Source of the DNA: the human T2T-CHM13v2.0 reference genome, Homo sapiens
NCBI RefSeq assembly: GCF_009914755.1
Contig: NC_060935.1
Length of the DNA: 64,000 bases
Strand: one strand, 5' to 3'
Shown here: positions 14,659 to 29,155 of the stretch, piece by piece
Position numbering within the stretch: the first letter of the stretch is position 1
How the letters are laid out: every line of letters starts with the position of its first letter
Made by a program: the position numbers and the translations under genes
The notes under the pieces: generated by a model
What the model was told of the DNA's origin: nothing
Seen by the model: the letters and a program-made list of their open reading frames with translations, nothing else
Database searches by the model: none

Positions 14659-16292
14659 TCAGAGAAAACTCTCCCTGGTCCCTGCTGCTTTGCCTCCTGA
14701 GTGGGTCAGCTTAGAGTGGAAGGTCAGACTGGCCTAGCCTGGGGCATGTGCCATCCATGCTTGGAAAACAGTAGCTGGAATTTCCTGTTCCTTTAGAGGA
14801 AAATCATGCTCTGCCTCCCACCAAGACTCAAATGATGGGGGAATCCCCATACACACTGGGCAGCTCAGATGCTGTAGATCCCACCCTACAAAAATAACCC
14901 AGCAGATGTCCACCACCACAGCCCTCCACCCCCACGTCCTCTCCTCCACAGCAGCCTTCCCTGTGCTGCCCACAGGACGGCCCGGTGGCAGGTGCTCCTT
15001 CCTCTTCCTGAACTTTCTCCCCTGCATTCACCATGGGCCCCTCCCACCCCAGGGTGGCCAAAGCATGGACTCCATGAGGATGAGATTCTCCAGCCCAGAG
15101 ATTCCACAGCCATATTGGTGATGCTGTCCCTGTTTCCTGTTCCCCATCACACTCTGGAGCCCAAGCCCCCATTGATATGGTGAGCACGAGAGCTGCCTAT
15201 AGCTAAAGATTAATTGGTGGGGGATTGGGAGATCTCTCTTCTTTAACAATGGGCTTTTCTGCTTGTATTAATAAGATGCCAATTAGGATATTGACATTTT
15301 CGGTTCAACCTCAAGTTATGCCCACTTTCCCAGAGGTAGGCCAGAGGGTGAGGCCCTCCTAACTGGGCTGTCATCAGTATGGACATCAGAGTGGCCTCCA
15401 GATGTGTGAGCCCAAGCCACTCCCTGAGACACTGGGAAGGCTGCTAGCTCTGGGAGGAAATTCAAATGAAGCTGAGCCCCTCACCCCATTTTTTTAGTTA
15501 GGTTCCAATTCCTTGGAGTGGCTTCAGGCAGTATCTTATTACATATGCCAAATGTTCTTTCAAAAAAAAAAAAGACACAGAGAGAAAATCTCTATTAGAC
15601 ATGAGAAATAAATTCCGTTTTAATTTATTTTCACTCTCCTCTGTATCTGCACCCCCTGCCCCACCCTTCTCGAGATCACATCTAATGTCATTCTCCCTTC
15701 TCCTCCAGTGGAAAATCCCAGCCCAGGAAGTCTGGACATCCTGGCACTCAGTTACTGGTCCTGCCTGGGCATGGCCACTTTCATTCTCAGGACAGGAGGA
15801 AAGTGGCGGAGTTATAGAGTACTTTCACACTAATAGTACGCATAAAAGGCAGGGGCTCAGAGGCACTTGGGGAATACATTATGTCTGCAGTTAGGTCCTC
15901 TCCCTGGGCCACCTGCAGAGAAGCCAGAGCATGCTGCAGTCTGTGCTAGAAGACGGACAAACTCAGGAATTATGGTGCACATCTTGCAGGCAGGCACTTC
16001 ATCACACACTGCACTGTTCCACTTGCTAATTGAGTCACAGCCAGCCTGCGAGCCTCTTGAGGGCATGGATCCAGCTTCTAATTCTCCCCTAAGTCCACCG
16101 CTTCAAACACCATACTGAGGGCTCAGTCAATACCAAATGGTTGGCTGAACCCAGGAACATCCCCGCCAACCTGATCCTCCTTGGAGGCAGAGGCCCTTCC
16201 CCGGGCTGGTAGCTTGGTGAGTTTTGGGGGTGGGGATCTGAGCTTGCCTCCCCATACACATGGGCTTACTTCCCAGCTCCTGCTCCACTACC

Positions 16293-16862
16293 TGTGTGAG
16301 TTTCTTTGGCTGTGGTGACACAGGACCACCAACTGGGTGACTTAGAACAATAGAAATGTATTCTCCTACGACTCTGGAGGACTGAAGTTTGAAACCAATC
16401 TTAGGCTGAAATCCCAGGTATCAGCGGGGCCACATGCCCTCCCGAGGCTGTAGGGGAGAACTTGTGCTTTGCTCCCTGCAGCATCTGGGGGCTTCTGTGA
16501 TTCATTGGCTGGTGGCTGCTTCATTCTAATCTTCAAGGCCAGCATCTTCGCATCTCTCCCTGCTCTGTCCTCACCTCACCTTCTCATGTGTGTGTATGTC
16601 TGTCTGTGCAGTGTGTGTGTGATCTCCCTCTGCCTCTCTTTTCTAAGGACACTCTGAGTATGATAACATTAAGGGTTCACCTGGATGATTCCCCCCATCT
16701 GAATGTGGTGGCATCGAAGGTTCAACCTAGATGATACTCCTCACCTGAAGGTCCTTAACTCAATCACAACAGCAGAGTCCCTTTTCCCAAATAAGGTCAC
16801 TCTCCCAGGCTGCAAAGGCTAGGACCTGAGTCCTTTGAAAGGGCACTACTGAGTGTGCTGCA
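16293..16862 (-). mobile_element. MLT1 (C/D-like) LTR
   Basis: caactgggtgacttagaacaatagaaatgtattctc...aggctgtaggggagaa...ttcccaaataaggtcac motifs. Confidence 0.7.
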
Positions 16863-17684
16863 CTGCTCCTCATTGGCTCCTCTGGTCCTGAACTTCTAGA
16901 GAAGCCAGCCCTTCTGCAACTCAGTTATCCCTTCTGTGGTACAGGAATGATCTTCCCTGTCTTCCCACTTGTTCGAAGAGTGGTGGTGGAGAGAGAGGTT
17001 TTATATATACACATATATTGAAAGCATTTTCTGAGCTGTAAAGCCACACGCACATGCATGAAAATATTATTGCACTGGGAGAGTGGCAAGTTCAGCACTT
17101 GAGAAAACTATCAGATTTTAAAACATGTGAGGGAATAGGAAACCAACGTTATTCGAAAACCTCATTTGCACCCCACACCAAAGCCTCCCACCCTCCCTGC
17201 CTCCACTCTCCCCTGTGGCTGGAGGGTTGTGACAAAGGCCTGTCTTGGGGGTAGCTTTGTGGCCTGAAAACAAATCATCCTTCACAGCTTGCTCCCAAGT
17301 CCAATAAGCCAGAAGGAATTGGTAGAGAGATTTAATGATATGTATTTCAAGAAAAAGATGAAAATGTGTCTACTTTTAGGAGATGCAGTAAAAATGCATC
17401 AGGCCCACAATAAACTTTTCAGTGAAGATGCATAGAGGGGAAACATATAACGCAGTCATGGCAATAATGTCTCATTTATAGGGAAATCTTCTCAGAGATC
17501 TATTAGAATGTGCACCCCCAGCCCATACCTTTAGCACAGCCTCTGCAAACTGTGGGGTCTCACTCCTCCAGGTGCCTTCAGCCTCTGCGGGAAGCCTGTT
17601 GGCTCAAAGGCAGCCTGCCCTTTGGCCTCCCTTTGAAGGTCCCATAAGACACATAGGCTCAAACAATTTGCAGATCAATTACAC

Positions 17685-17892
17685 TAGGTGTGGGCAACTA
17701 CAACCCCAAAGACCAAATCCAGACCACCCCCTGTTCTTATAAGTTTTATTGGAACACAGCCATATTCATTCCATCTGTGGCTCCTTGGTGATACTACAGG
17801 CGAGTTCAGTAGTTGTGACTGAGACCATACGACCTGCAAAGGCTAAGCTATTTACTTCCTGGCCTTTTACAGAAAAAGTTTGCTGGCACCTG
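17685..17892. mobile_element. MER58A-type hAT MITE
   Basis: aagttttattggaacacagcc...tttacagaaaaagtttgctggcacctg match the MER58A consensus. Confidence 0.85.
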
Positions 17893-20800
17893 AGTTAGAT
17901 TATTAGATTACAGATTGTCTTTAGGCAAAACTGCTCATAAAATTCACAACCGAATAATAGCTAACTTTGTTTAGCCTTACTGTGTGCCAGGCACGGTGTC
18001 ATGCACCCGCTATGAATGCTACTGGATGTAACCCACATAAGCAGGTCTGCGAAGTAGTGCAGATGAGAAAACTGAGGCTTGGGGAAGTCAAGGAGCTTTC
18101 TCAAGGTCTCAACAGCTAGAAACCGATAGCACTGGGATTCAACCCTGTGTGTGTCTGGCTGCAAAGCCTCACTCTGACCACTGCTCTACTGCTCTAAGAC
18201 CATCTTTCATGTTTCCAGGTGTGCAACTCCCAAATCCTCTTCCAGTTTTCAGCAGCTTCCAGTTGTTTGGAATATTATTTCCTCTACCCAATTCAGCACT
18301 TCCTGCATCATAGCCCACATACCGTGTCCCCTCTGATAAAATGTAGAGAAAAGGAATTCTTCCCTAGCCTGCTTTCTCATCTTTTCCCATCCTCTGCTCG
18401 CCACCAGGCTCCCGCCTTCCCATCAACTGCTGCTTGCTGGCCCGGCTGATTTTGTTGCACGTTTCTGCACGATCCTGCTTCCCAGCTGGCCCCCCTGCTG
18501 GCCCCACTCCTGGGTGCATTTCTGATTCTGTTCTGAGTCTCCAGCCTGCCCAGAGTGGGCACCAGTAGAGCTGATGGGAAGCGAGGCATTTGCATTCCAC
18601 TTCCCTGGGCTGTTCCGATCTTACCTGCAATTCTTCTGACAAATCCTTATCAGCGATGCCCATGGCGGAGTCTGTGGTGACTTTGTTCATTCTTATTAGC
18701 TCTGCACAGATTAGCTCTTCACAGCGCTTGGCTGGTTCATACCGATTTCTGATAAATGTTTTGACTGATTTTCCTGACTTGGGAACAATGGGGGACTGGG
18801 GCTGGGGTGGAGGTGGGGGACGTGAGGAGAGGGGTGCTGGACAGGGGAAGGAGAGGGAAGCTTGGACGGGATTACATCTGGGCTATGAAATATTCATCAC
18901 ATGCCCGCAAGAGCAGGGTCAACACTGCTTCCCAGGAACAGCTTCTCCATCCAGGCAGCGCTTTGAAATGCACCAGCCCAGGCAGACTGGAAACACTGCA
19001 GTACAACTCCCCTGCCCCGCCTCGACCTGAGAAGCTTCTGAGAGAAGGGGCAGAGGAAGTTAAAAGGAAGAAAAAACAAACCAGCTCACTTGGGCTTTGC
19101 TGTCCTCCTTGGTTCCTCCTTTCTTACCTGCTCTTCAAGAACAGCTTTTGATGGTGGAATGCTGATGTTCCAGGTAGACTGTTGCTTTTCTTTGTTCGGT
19201 TCCTCTTCTCCCTCTCCACTCCACAAAGCCTCCCTGGAGCTCCAGCCCACCCTTCCTCTTTTTTCCATGAGCTCCTCCAGCTCCCTAATTGTAGACAAAC
19301 ACTGAAAAGAGTGTTTTATCATGGTTTCCTGTATTTCCCCAATTTGAGTGGACTCTGCTAACAGACTTACTTACACTCACCACTACACCCAAGTTCCTAG
19401 CACAGAACGGGGCACATGTCAGAGATGTTCAAAACATCTTTGCTGAATTAAATATGCTCCATTTCCTTGGCAGGGTTGGCTAGCAGATACCACTACGTAA
19501 GCTGTACCAATGCGGGCATCAGGAAACAAGTTCTACACTTTCTTCCTAAGCCTAATTGAAGCTCTCTGTTTTGTGTTTTGTTTTTAACACAAGGCTCCAA
19601 GAGGCTACTTCCAATCAAATGGAATTGACTAGGAGGTTAAAACCTATTTGTCATCCTGGTTCTTTGGTGTCCCTCTGTAAAGTTCCTTGAAAACAGGGAT
19701 CACCTTTAAATTCTAAGAGCCTGGTACCATGCCCAGCAGAAAATTAGTGTTTGATACATATTTGGAGATAAAAAAGATGACTATTCCCCTGCCTAAACAT
19801 GCGAGTGAGTGTGCATTCTAAACTATCCCTGGGTCTACAAAGAAAAGCTCTTGCACAGCTTTCCATAAATATCTGGTCAAGGCCTACTGTCTGAAAATTC
19901 CTTCAGCTGTCTACCCCAAATCCTTCCTGCTGCCATGTAGGTGAACTGCCAGGCTTTTCATGCATGGCAGATAAAAGCTGTATGTTTTGAGAGGTGGAGA
20001 TCTCCTTCCCTCTTCCTTCCCCACCGCCCAGAAGTCTAAACTCCAGTGCCCAGCTGCTGCAATCTGGAAAAACCCAACTCATACCAACCATATGCCCTCT
20101 CACTCCAGTCCCCAGAAGATGACCCCCTCCCTGCAACTAGAAGGCCTGGAAAGTCTTGGAGGCCATCTCTTGCTGCAGCCACCTGCAGCCACAGTTCACT
20201 CATTAGCCTTTTGCCAGATTTATCTTCTCCCCGGTAGCCTGCAGGGCTTTGATTTGTCCTCTTGTCACCAGGACTAATGTTGATGGCAGCACCCCCCGGG
20301 GGCATCCGGCTCTCCAGCCTCCTGCCAGAGACCTCAAGGAAAATGGATGAGCAACTGACCTGCAAAATAAATACCAGGCTTCTAGGTTCTGATAAAGATT
20401 AAATATTGGAGGAGTCATTTCAAATGAATATAAAAAAGCAAATGGAGGAAGCCTCTTAGACACCGCCAGAGTGAAATACAGGCAAACAAAGAGAGATGTC
20501 TTCGGAGAAGCTCAGTGGCAGGGAAGTTGGAGGCTCAGGATGCCATATCTTCACAAATACCCAGGCTTCAGGAAAGATTCCAGAACCGCCATCTCTGCTT
20601 CCCTCCCACTTCCCCACCCAGATCGTGAAGAAGAGAAAGTGCTAAGCTCCAAAAGCCTCATGCCAGCCTGACGCTGAAGTCAGCTCTGCTGACGCTGGCC
20701 CATCCAACCAAGGGAGAAGCCCCATTACTCAACACCATCTGCCTTTGGCACAGGGCAGCCAAGAGCCAGGATTATTGGCAGGGATGGGGTTCTGAGGCCC

Positions 20801-21262
20801 CTAAGGAGATAGATGCTGGGGAAGCGCAAGGTCAGGCATTGCTGAGGCAGAACGGGGAGCGGGGAGAAGCCAGTGTCGGCAGATGGAACCAGTGCTCCTT
20901 GGGCCTGGGGCAGAACTTGGTTCCTTTTCAGAAACTTATGCAGATGGATTACATATCCAAGAACCCCAATTAACCAGAATGTCATCTCCAGAATCAAAGG
21001 ATGTTTGAGCTGGAAGGGAACAAATGGGGAGACAGAGTACACAGGAGGAGAAAACCTCAAATTGCCTCCTGCCTGCTATGGGCCTGGCATGTGCCAGTGT
21101 CTCCTTTAGTCCCCATGACAGCCCTAGGAGATGGGTGTTGTTACCTGCATGGAATGCCCAGGCTAATGGGATTAGTGGCCTCAAGGTGGGGCAGAGAGAG
21201 AAAAGAAAAACTGCATTGACTGAGCTCTTACTACTGGCTGGGCGATGTGTAGACTCTTTATC

Positions 21263-21598
21263 TCTTTTTTTAATTTAAAATTTTTTAATTTGAATTTGAA
21301 TTTCTCCTTAGAGACAGGGTCTCACTTTTCTGCCCAGGCTGGAGTGCAGTAATGCAATCATGGCTCACTATAGCCTCGAACTCTTAGAGTCAGGTGATCC
21401 TCCTACATGAGACTCCCAGGTGGCTGGGACTACAGGTGCTTGTCACCACACTCTGCTAATTCTTTTTTTTTTTTTTCTTGTAGATACAGTGTCTTGTTAT
21501 GTTGCCCAGGTTGGCCTTGAACTCCTGGGCTCAAACCATCCTCCTGCCTCAGCCTCCCACATGCTGGGACTACAGGCGTGCTTTAACTGTACCTGGCC
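21263..21598 (-). mobile_element. AluJ
   Basis: Diverged Alu with AluJ diagnostics (ctcctgggctcaa). TSD-like agactct flanks. Confidence 0.88.
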
Positions 21599-24500
21599 AG
21601 ACTCTATTTCCTCTACTCCTTACAACCCTGTGTTGTGGGCAGAGTGACCCCATTTTACAATTAGGCAACTGGGACTCAACTGAGGTTGACAGTATGCAGT
21701 TTCAAAGCAGCGGTCCCAACTGTGTCTGGTTCCAATTTCCATTCTCTAACAGGGATGATTTGTAGACAGCCTTAGGAAATGGGGAGATATATTAAGTGTC
21801 ACTGAGTTTTATGTGGAACTTCCAAGTTGGTTTGAGACATAGAAACTAAGCTTTAAATGGGTTTGTGTGAGGGGGAAAATTGTGGAGGGAATAAAATCTC
21901 TTCATCCTCTTCCTCCAGCAATGGTAACAGTCCAGCCAGCCTCCAGGGCCCTGACTCCCCTGGCCCGAGTGGTCACCAGGTGGTAGGACTATAAGCCCAA
22001 AGTGTTTTGTGGGTGAGCTTCTCTCACCATAGTCTCCATGTCTTCTCTACTCCACCCAAAACTGGGCTGCCAGACATGCTGGTTGCACAACTCCAGGGAC
22101 ACTGTTCACATAGGATACAAGCTTGGGGACACCGTGGCTGCCCAGACACAGCCCAGTCCCCTAATCTTTCCCCTTCAAGGGTGCCACTCTTTCCTTGGAT
22201 GTAGTAAAAGGGGAAAGGGGTGTCCAGTAACAAGGGCCCAAAGGGCAACTTGCAGTGCATTCCCACCTTTGGGGATCAGGTGATCCTGTGATGGGCTGGC
22301 AGGGAGCAGCCTTAGGGCATGCAGATCAACCAGTATTGGAGAGTAGCACACTCTGTGCTGGCCACTGAGCACACAGAGACCAGCAGAAAATTCCCTGCCC
22401 TCAAGAAGCCTCTCACTGTCTGGTGAGGGAGAAAGATGAAGAAAGATCATGGGCAGCGTGGTCTGTAATGAAAATAACTTCGTTATCTCTGCAAATCAAA
22501 TTACCCTCCCCAGCACACTCTCCCATCCACTTTTCATTCCATTCTCCCAAAGAGTCGATGTTGTTTTTTCCATTTTGAGTCAAGGAAACAAGAGCCTAGC
22601 GAGGTTGTGGGACCTGCCCAAAGCTAACCAGAAGCTGGTGACAGAGCTGGATGAAATCTGGGGACATTTCTTTCTGACCCTCTGTGACTCCATCCGCTGC
22701 ACCGGCCATGCCTCTCTGGCAGACAGCAGGCCTGGTTCCTCCAGAGAGCCCAGAGCCCCCCTCTCAGGCCCCTGGTGGCCTTGCTGGCTCCAACAAACCA
22801 GGTCACTGGTCTGGCAATCACAGCAGAGAGGTTCTATTGAGTCAGGGAAGAATGAAGTGTCCAGACCAATTCCCATCTCCTGGCCTTCACTTCCCTTCAT
22901 ATTACTGTGCAACTGTTTCCTTGGGCACCAGGGCAATTTAGCAAGTGTATTTTGCATCAGTCCAGCAATTTCTGCTATTAACTCTCCCCAGACTTTCTCT
23001 GGGCTGCCTCTCCTGCTCTTACATGACCTCTCTTGACTGCAAGAGGCAATGGCAGCGCCACCTGGGGCCAACCCTGCTCTCCTGGGAGCCGGACCCACCT
23101 CAAGACGTCTCTTAGGGTGAAGCCGCAAGGCTCTGATGGCTGGCCGGGACCTTTGCTAATACAATTGCATTGCTTCAAAGCACTTTTACAGCAGATACAA
23201 GCAGGCCCATTTTACAAAGGCAGAAACTGAGTTGCACAAACCATACTTGACCTGCCACACTGAGATGCTGTCTACTGATTTCCACATCCAATTATGTATT
23301 TTTTCCCTCTTTCCATCTTCCTGCAAACGAAAAGCAGCCTCCTCCTCCGTTTTTCTCCACGCTTTGGCCCAAGGTGATATTCAGAACATTTAACATTTTC
23401 TAAGGCAAAGGCACCAACCAAGCAGAACAAATGCCTTAGGACCCAGCATAGTTCTGAAAAACCCCCTGATATGCCACGTTAAATCCTTCAGTGTCTACCT
23501 TTCCAGCTCTATGGGGTCTCAGCAGAGGGGCTGGGCAGACGGAGCTGGGGACCTTATGGAGGTGAGTCCATATGTATTTCAATATTTGATTAACTCGCAC
23601 AGTCCTACTCCTGCAATATCAGCCCTAGTTGTGAATGCTAATACCATAGCATTCAATTTCAATCACTCTTTCCCTCTCCCTCCCTCCCTCATCTTCTCTC
23701 TCTCTCTCACTCTGTCCCCTTTTCTCTTTGGCCCTTTCTCTTTCTTTCCTTTTAATATAAAGATGAAAGTAAGGGGTGGGTTCATTCTAATAATTTGAGA
23801 TGAGGACACGCCAAGATTTTCCGACGAACAAAAGGGAAAGTTAGAAGAGGCTGGAAATTACCGCATGCCTATTAAAAATCAGCCATGCTGAAGTAGTCCT
23901 GACTAGCAGGCAGGGCCTGCAGCTCCAGGGAAGTGGTACTTAAGGGAATCTGCAATTAAGAGAAGCTTGGATCCTTGCCACAGATTGCTTCCCTTGCCTT
24001 TTTTTATTTAAAAAAGAATCACAAAGCAGGAACGTAAATGGAAGATGACAATAATATAAGGTGACAGATGTTAGTTTGGCAGAGAACACCGGGAAGACCA
24101 AGTCACTTACCTGTAGCATCCATGCCACTGCCACGTGCCCAGCACTCCATCTCAGTCTGGAAGGCAGCAACTTGGTGGCTGTCCAGGGACAGCTGTCTAA
24201 ATTCCTGAGAACTAGGCTCAGCGTCCAGGTCCCTCCAGCCCACCCTGGATAAACATGGGCATCTGCAGGCGGGACCCCCAGCCCCAGCGGGCATGCCTGC
24301 TCCAGGAATCCTGCCCACCACAGCTGTCCGGCGGGGTGGGGAGGATGCCACCACCCACAGCAGCCTTTCCAGGGACTTGGCAGCCCAGCCTGTCAGGAGC
24401 CCCATAAATCTTTGGAGAAGGCTCATTTCTGTTTTCAAGAGCAATTGACACCAGGTCCTGGGAGAGACCATTTAGCGCTAAGGGCTGGGACACTCGGGAG

Positions 24501-24835
24501 AAATAGATGGCCAGCTTTAGGAGCTGGCAGCTGCTCCATGCGAGAGGCCAGGCTGAACTGGGCATCATCACCACTTGGGGTGCTCACGAAACATGGACTT
24601 CCAGGACTCACCTTCAGATATTCTGAAAGTCTGGGTGGGACCTGCGGATCTCACACTCGTACATGAGTGTGCCAGGCAGGCAGGTCTGGGAACCAGTGGT
24701 CCCCGTGGCAGGATTTGGAGGCTTTTTCTTTCTAATGGCCACCCCATTGCTGCCACCGCTGCCTCAGTGCCTGCATCTATGGTGTGCCACCCTCAGTTAT
24801 GTATACAAGGGGGGGCACTAGGAAACCTTAATTAG

Positions 24836-25650
<815 letters not shown>

Positions 25651-28600
25651 GGTGTTACGTGTGTTTATGTGCATGTCTCTGTGGTGTGTATGTAATCTAT
25701 GTGCATGTGTGGTGAATGTGAACGTCTGTGTAGTGTGCGTGTGTGTGTGGTCTGTGTGGGGTGTGGAGTGTATGTGTGAAGTGCGTGGTGTGGTGTGTGG
25801 AGTACATGGGTATGTGTGTGGAGTGTGTGGTGTGTGCGAAGGGTGGAGAGTGTGTGTGAGTGTGTGTGTGATGTGTCTGTGTGGTATGTGGGGGATGTGT
25901 GGGAGGGTGGAGTATGCGTGGGGAGGGTGGTGGGTAGAGTCTGCATGTCTGAGATGTGGTGTGTGTTGGGTGTGGAGTATGGGTGGAAGGGTGGAGACTC
26001 TGTGTGTGTGTGGGGGGGTGGTATGTTGTGTGATGTGTGGAGCATGTGTGTGAGCATGTGTATGGAGTATGGAGTGTGTGTGCAGTGTGTGTGTTTGTCT
26101 ATGAGACAGAGAGAGATAGTGAGAGATGTGGTGTGTGGGGGATGTGGAGTGTGTATGGGACAGTGGAGTGTGTAGGGGTGTGGAGTGTGTGTGAGACAGT
26201 GGAGCATGTGTGGGGTGTGGACTGTGTGTGGGGAGTGGAGAGTATGGGGGAGAGTGGAGTGTGTGTGGGGCGTGGTGCGTGTGGGCGGGTGGAGTGTGTG
26301 GGGGGTGTGCAATGTATGTGGGAGTGTGGAGGGTGTGGGAGGGTGGAGTGTGTGTGAGGTGTAGTGTGTCTGCGGGGTGTGGTGTAGGGGGGTGTGGAGT
26401 GTGTGTGGGAGGGTGGAGTGGGGGGGTGTGGAGTGTGTGTGTGAGGTGCGGAGTGTGTGTAGGAGGGTGGAGTGTGTGTGGGAAGGTGAGGTGTGTGTGG
26501 GGGGGTTGGGGAGTGGGAAAGGTGTGCAGTGTGTGTGGGAGGGTAGAGTATGGGGGGTTTGGAGTGTGTGCGGGATGTGAAGCGTGTGTGGGGTGTGGTG
26601 TGTATGTGGGGTGTGAAGTGTGTGTGGGGTGTGGAATGTATGTGGGGTGTGGAGTATGTGTGAGAAGGTGGAGTGTGTGTGGGGGTGTGGAGGGTGTGGA
26701 GTGTGTGTGGGGTGTAGAGAGTGTGTGTGAGGTGTGAAGTTGTGGGGTGTGGAGTGTGTGTGGGGTGTGGTGTGTGTGTGGGGTGTGAAAGTGTGTGGGA
26801 TGTGGAGTGTGTGTGGGGTGTGGAGTATGTGTGGGAGGGTGATGTGTGTGTGGGGTGTGGAGTGTGTGGGGGGGTGTGGAGTCTGTGGGGTGTGGAGTGT
26901 GTCAGGGGTGTAGAGTGTGTGTGAGGTGTGGGGTGTGGAGTGTGTCAGGGGTGTAGAGTGTGTGTGTGAGGTGTGAGGTGTGTGTGGGGTGTGGAGTGTA
27001 TGTGGGAGGGTGATTGTGTGGGGTGTGGAGTGTGTGTGGGAGGGTAGAGTGTGTGTGGGGTGTGGAGCGTGTATAGGGTGTAGAGTGTGTGTGGGAGGAT
27101 GGAGTGTGTGAGGTGTTAGTGTGTGTGGGATGTGTAGTGTGTGTGGGAGGGTGGTGTGTGTGTGTGGGTGTGGAGTGTGTGTGGTGCTGTGGAGTGTGTG
27201 GGGTGTGGAGTGTGTGTGGGAGGGTAGAGTGTGTGTGGGGTGTGGAGCGTGTGTAGGGCGTGGACTGTGTGTGGGATGCTGCAGTGTGTGAGGTGTGTAG
27301 TGTGTGTGAGGTGTAGAGTGTGTCGGGGGAGGGTGAAGTGTGTGTGGGGTGTGGAGCGTGTGTGGGGTGTGGAGTGTGTGTGTGGGGTGTAGTGTGTGTG
27401 TGGGTGGAGTGTGTGAGGTTTGGAGTGTGTGTGGGAGGGTGTAGTGTGTGGGACAGTGTGGAGTATGTGTGGGAAGGTGGAGTGTGTGTGAGGTGTGGAG
27501 TGTGTGTGTGAGGGATGGAGTGTGGGGTGTGGAGTGTGTGTGGGAGGGTGGAGTATGTGTGGGATGTGGAGTGTGTGTGGGAGGGTGGAGTGTGTGTGAG
27601 GTGTGGAGTGTGTGTGGGAGGGTGGAGTGTGTGGGACAGTGTGGAATATGTGTGGGAGGGTAGAGTGTGTGGGGGGTGTGGAGTATGTGTGTCAGAGGTT
27701 GAAGTGTTTGTAAAGTGTGGAGTGTGTGTGGGAGGGTGGAGTGTGTGGGACGGTGTAGAGTATGTGGGGAGGGTGGAGTGTGTGAGGGGTGTGGACTGTG
27801 TGTGGGAGGATGGAGGGTGTGTGTGGGGTACAGAGTTTGTGTGGGAGGGGTGTGTGTGTGTGTGTGTGTGTGTGACAGAGACGCTGTGTGTGGGGTGTAG
27901 AGTATGTCTGCAAGGTTGGGCAGGAGAAGGGTACTGACCACAGGGATGGAGCCGGGCACTGACCCAAGCTTGCCTCCCAACTCTATGGGGCAGCCTGGCC
28001 TCCCTGACATCCTTCATCATCACTTTGTCAGCCTCAGCTGGTCACCACCCAAGGCCACTTCCCTGTAGAGCAGGCCCAGTTGCCTCTCTGGTCTTGATCT
28101 GTAATATCTAATGGCCTCATATAGCACTTTATGTTAATAAAGTTTAGAAACATCATTTCATCTTTATGGCAACTTGCATATCTTCATCTCCCAGATGAAG
28201 AAACAGGTTCAGAAAGCACAGGAGACTTCCCCTGGGCCTCACAACTTGTCAAGATGAGGCAGGGTGTGGCCCCAGGCTTGATCCCAGACTCTAAATTCCA
28301 CGTTTTTTCCAAAGTCTTGTGTAGCGTTCGGTGAGCAGGGTTCAGGGTGCCAGCTATGTGCAAGGTGTGGGAGCCTGGGTTTATCAGGGTCAGGCTTGGC
28401 ATTTATCCCTTAAGTAACTGGAGTAAGATCCTATGCCCTCTTTCAAGAGGACTAAGAATCATAGGACCGTTCAGCTCTTGCATTGCTCAGAGGGGAATGG
28501 CTGTTTCTCAGGATCCGTAACCCTGAACAGTGTCCTCAACTTGCCTATTTGTGATCTGAAACCATGGGGGCGGACACTCACAAGTGCACACAGTCCAGTC

Positions 28601-28686
28601 CTCTGGGTCACAGACACCAGGCCCCTTCCCTCACCATGCAAGAGCCTCTGCAAAGACAAAGACACTCCTCCCAAGCAGATGCTTAA

Positions 28687-29155
<469 letters not shown>

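Noticed and set aside
18486-18503. CTCF-like GGCCAGCAGGGGGGCC; also CCACCAGGGGCAG at ~49262
   Set aside because: The G-run is one base too long or too short, which misplaces the invariant GGC.
25665-28010. 781-aa His/Thr/Pro-rich ORF and overlapping Val/Cys/Gly ORFs
   Set aside because: Arises from the CA/GT tandem array, which rarely generates stop codons. Low-complexity in all frames, with no gene context.
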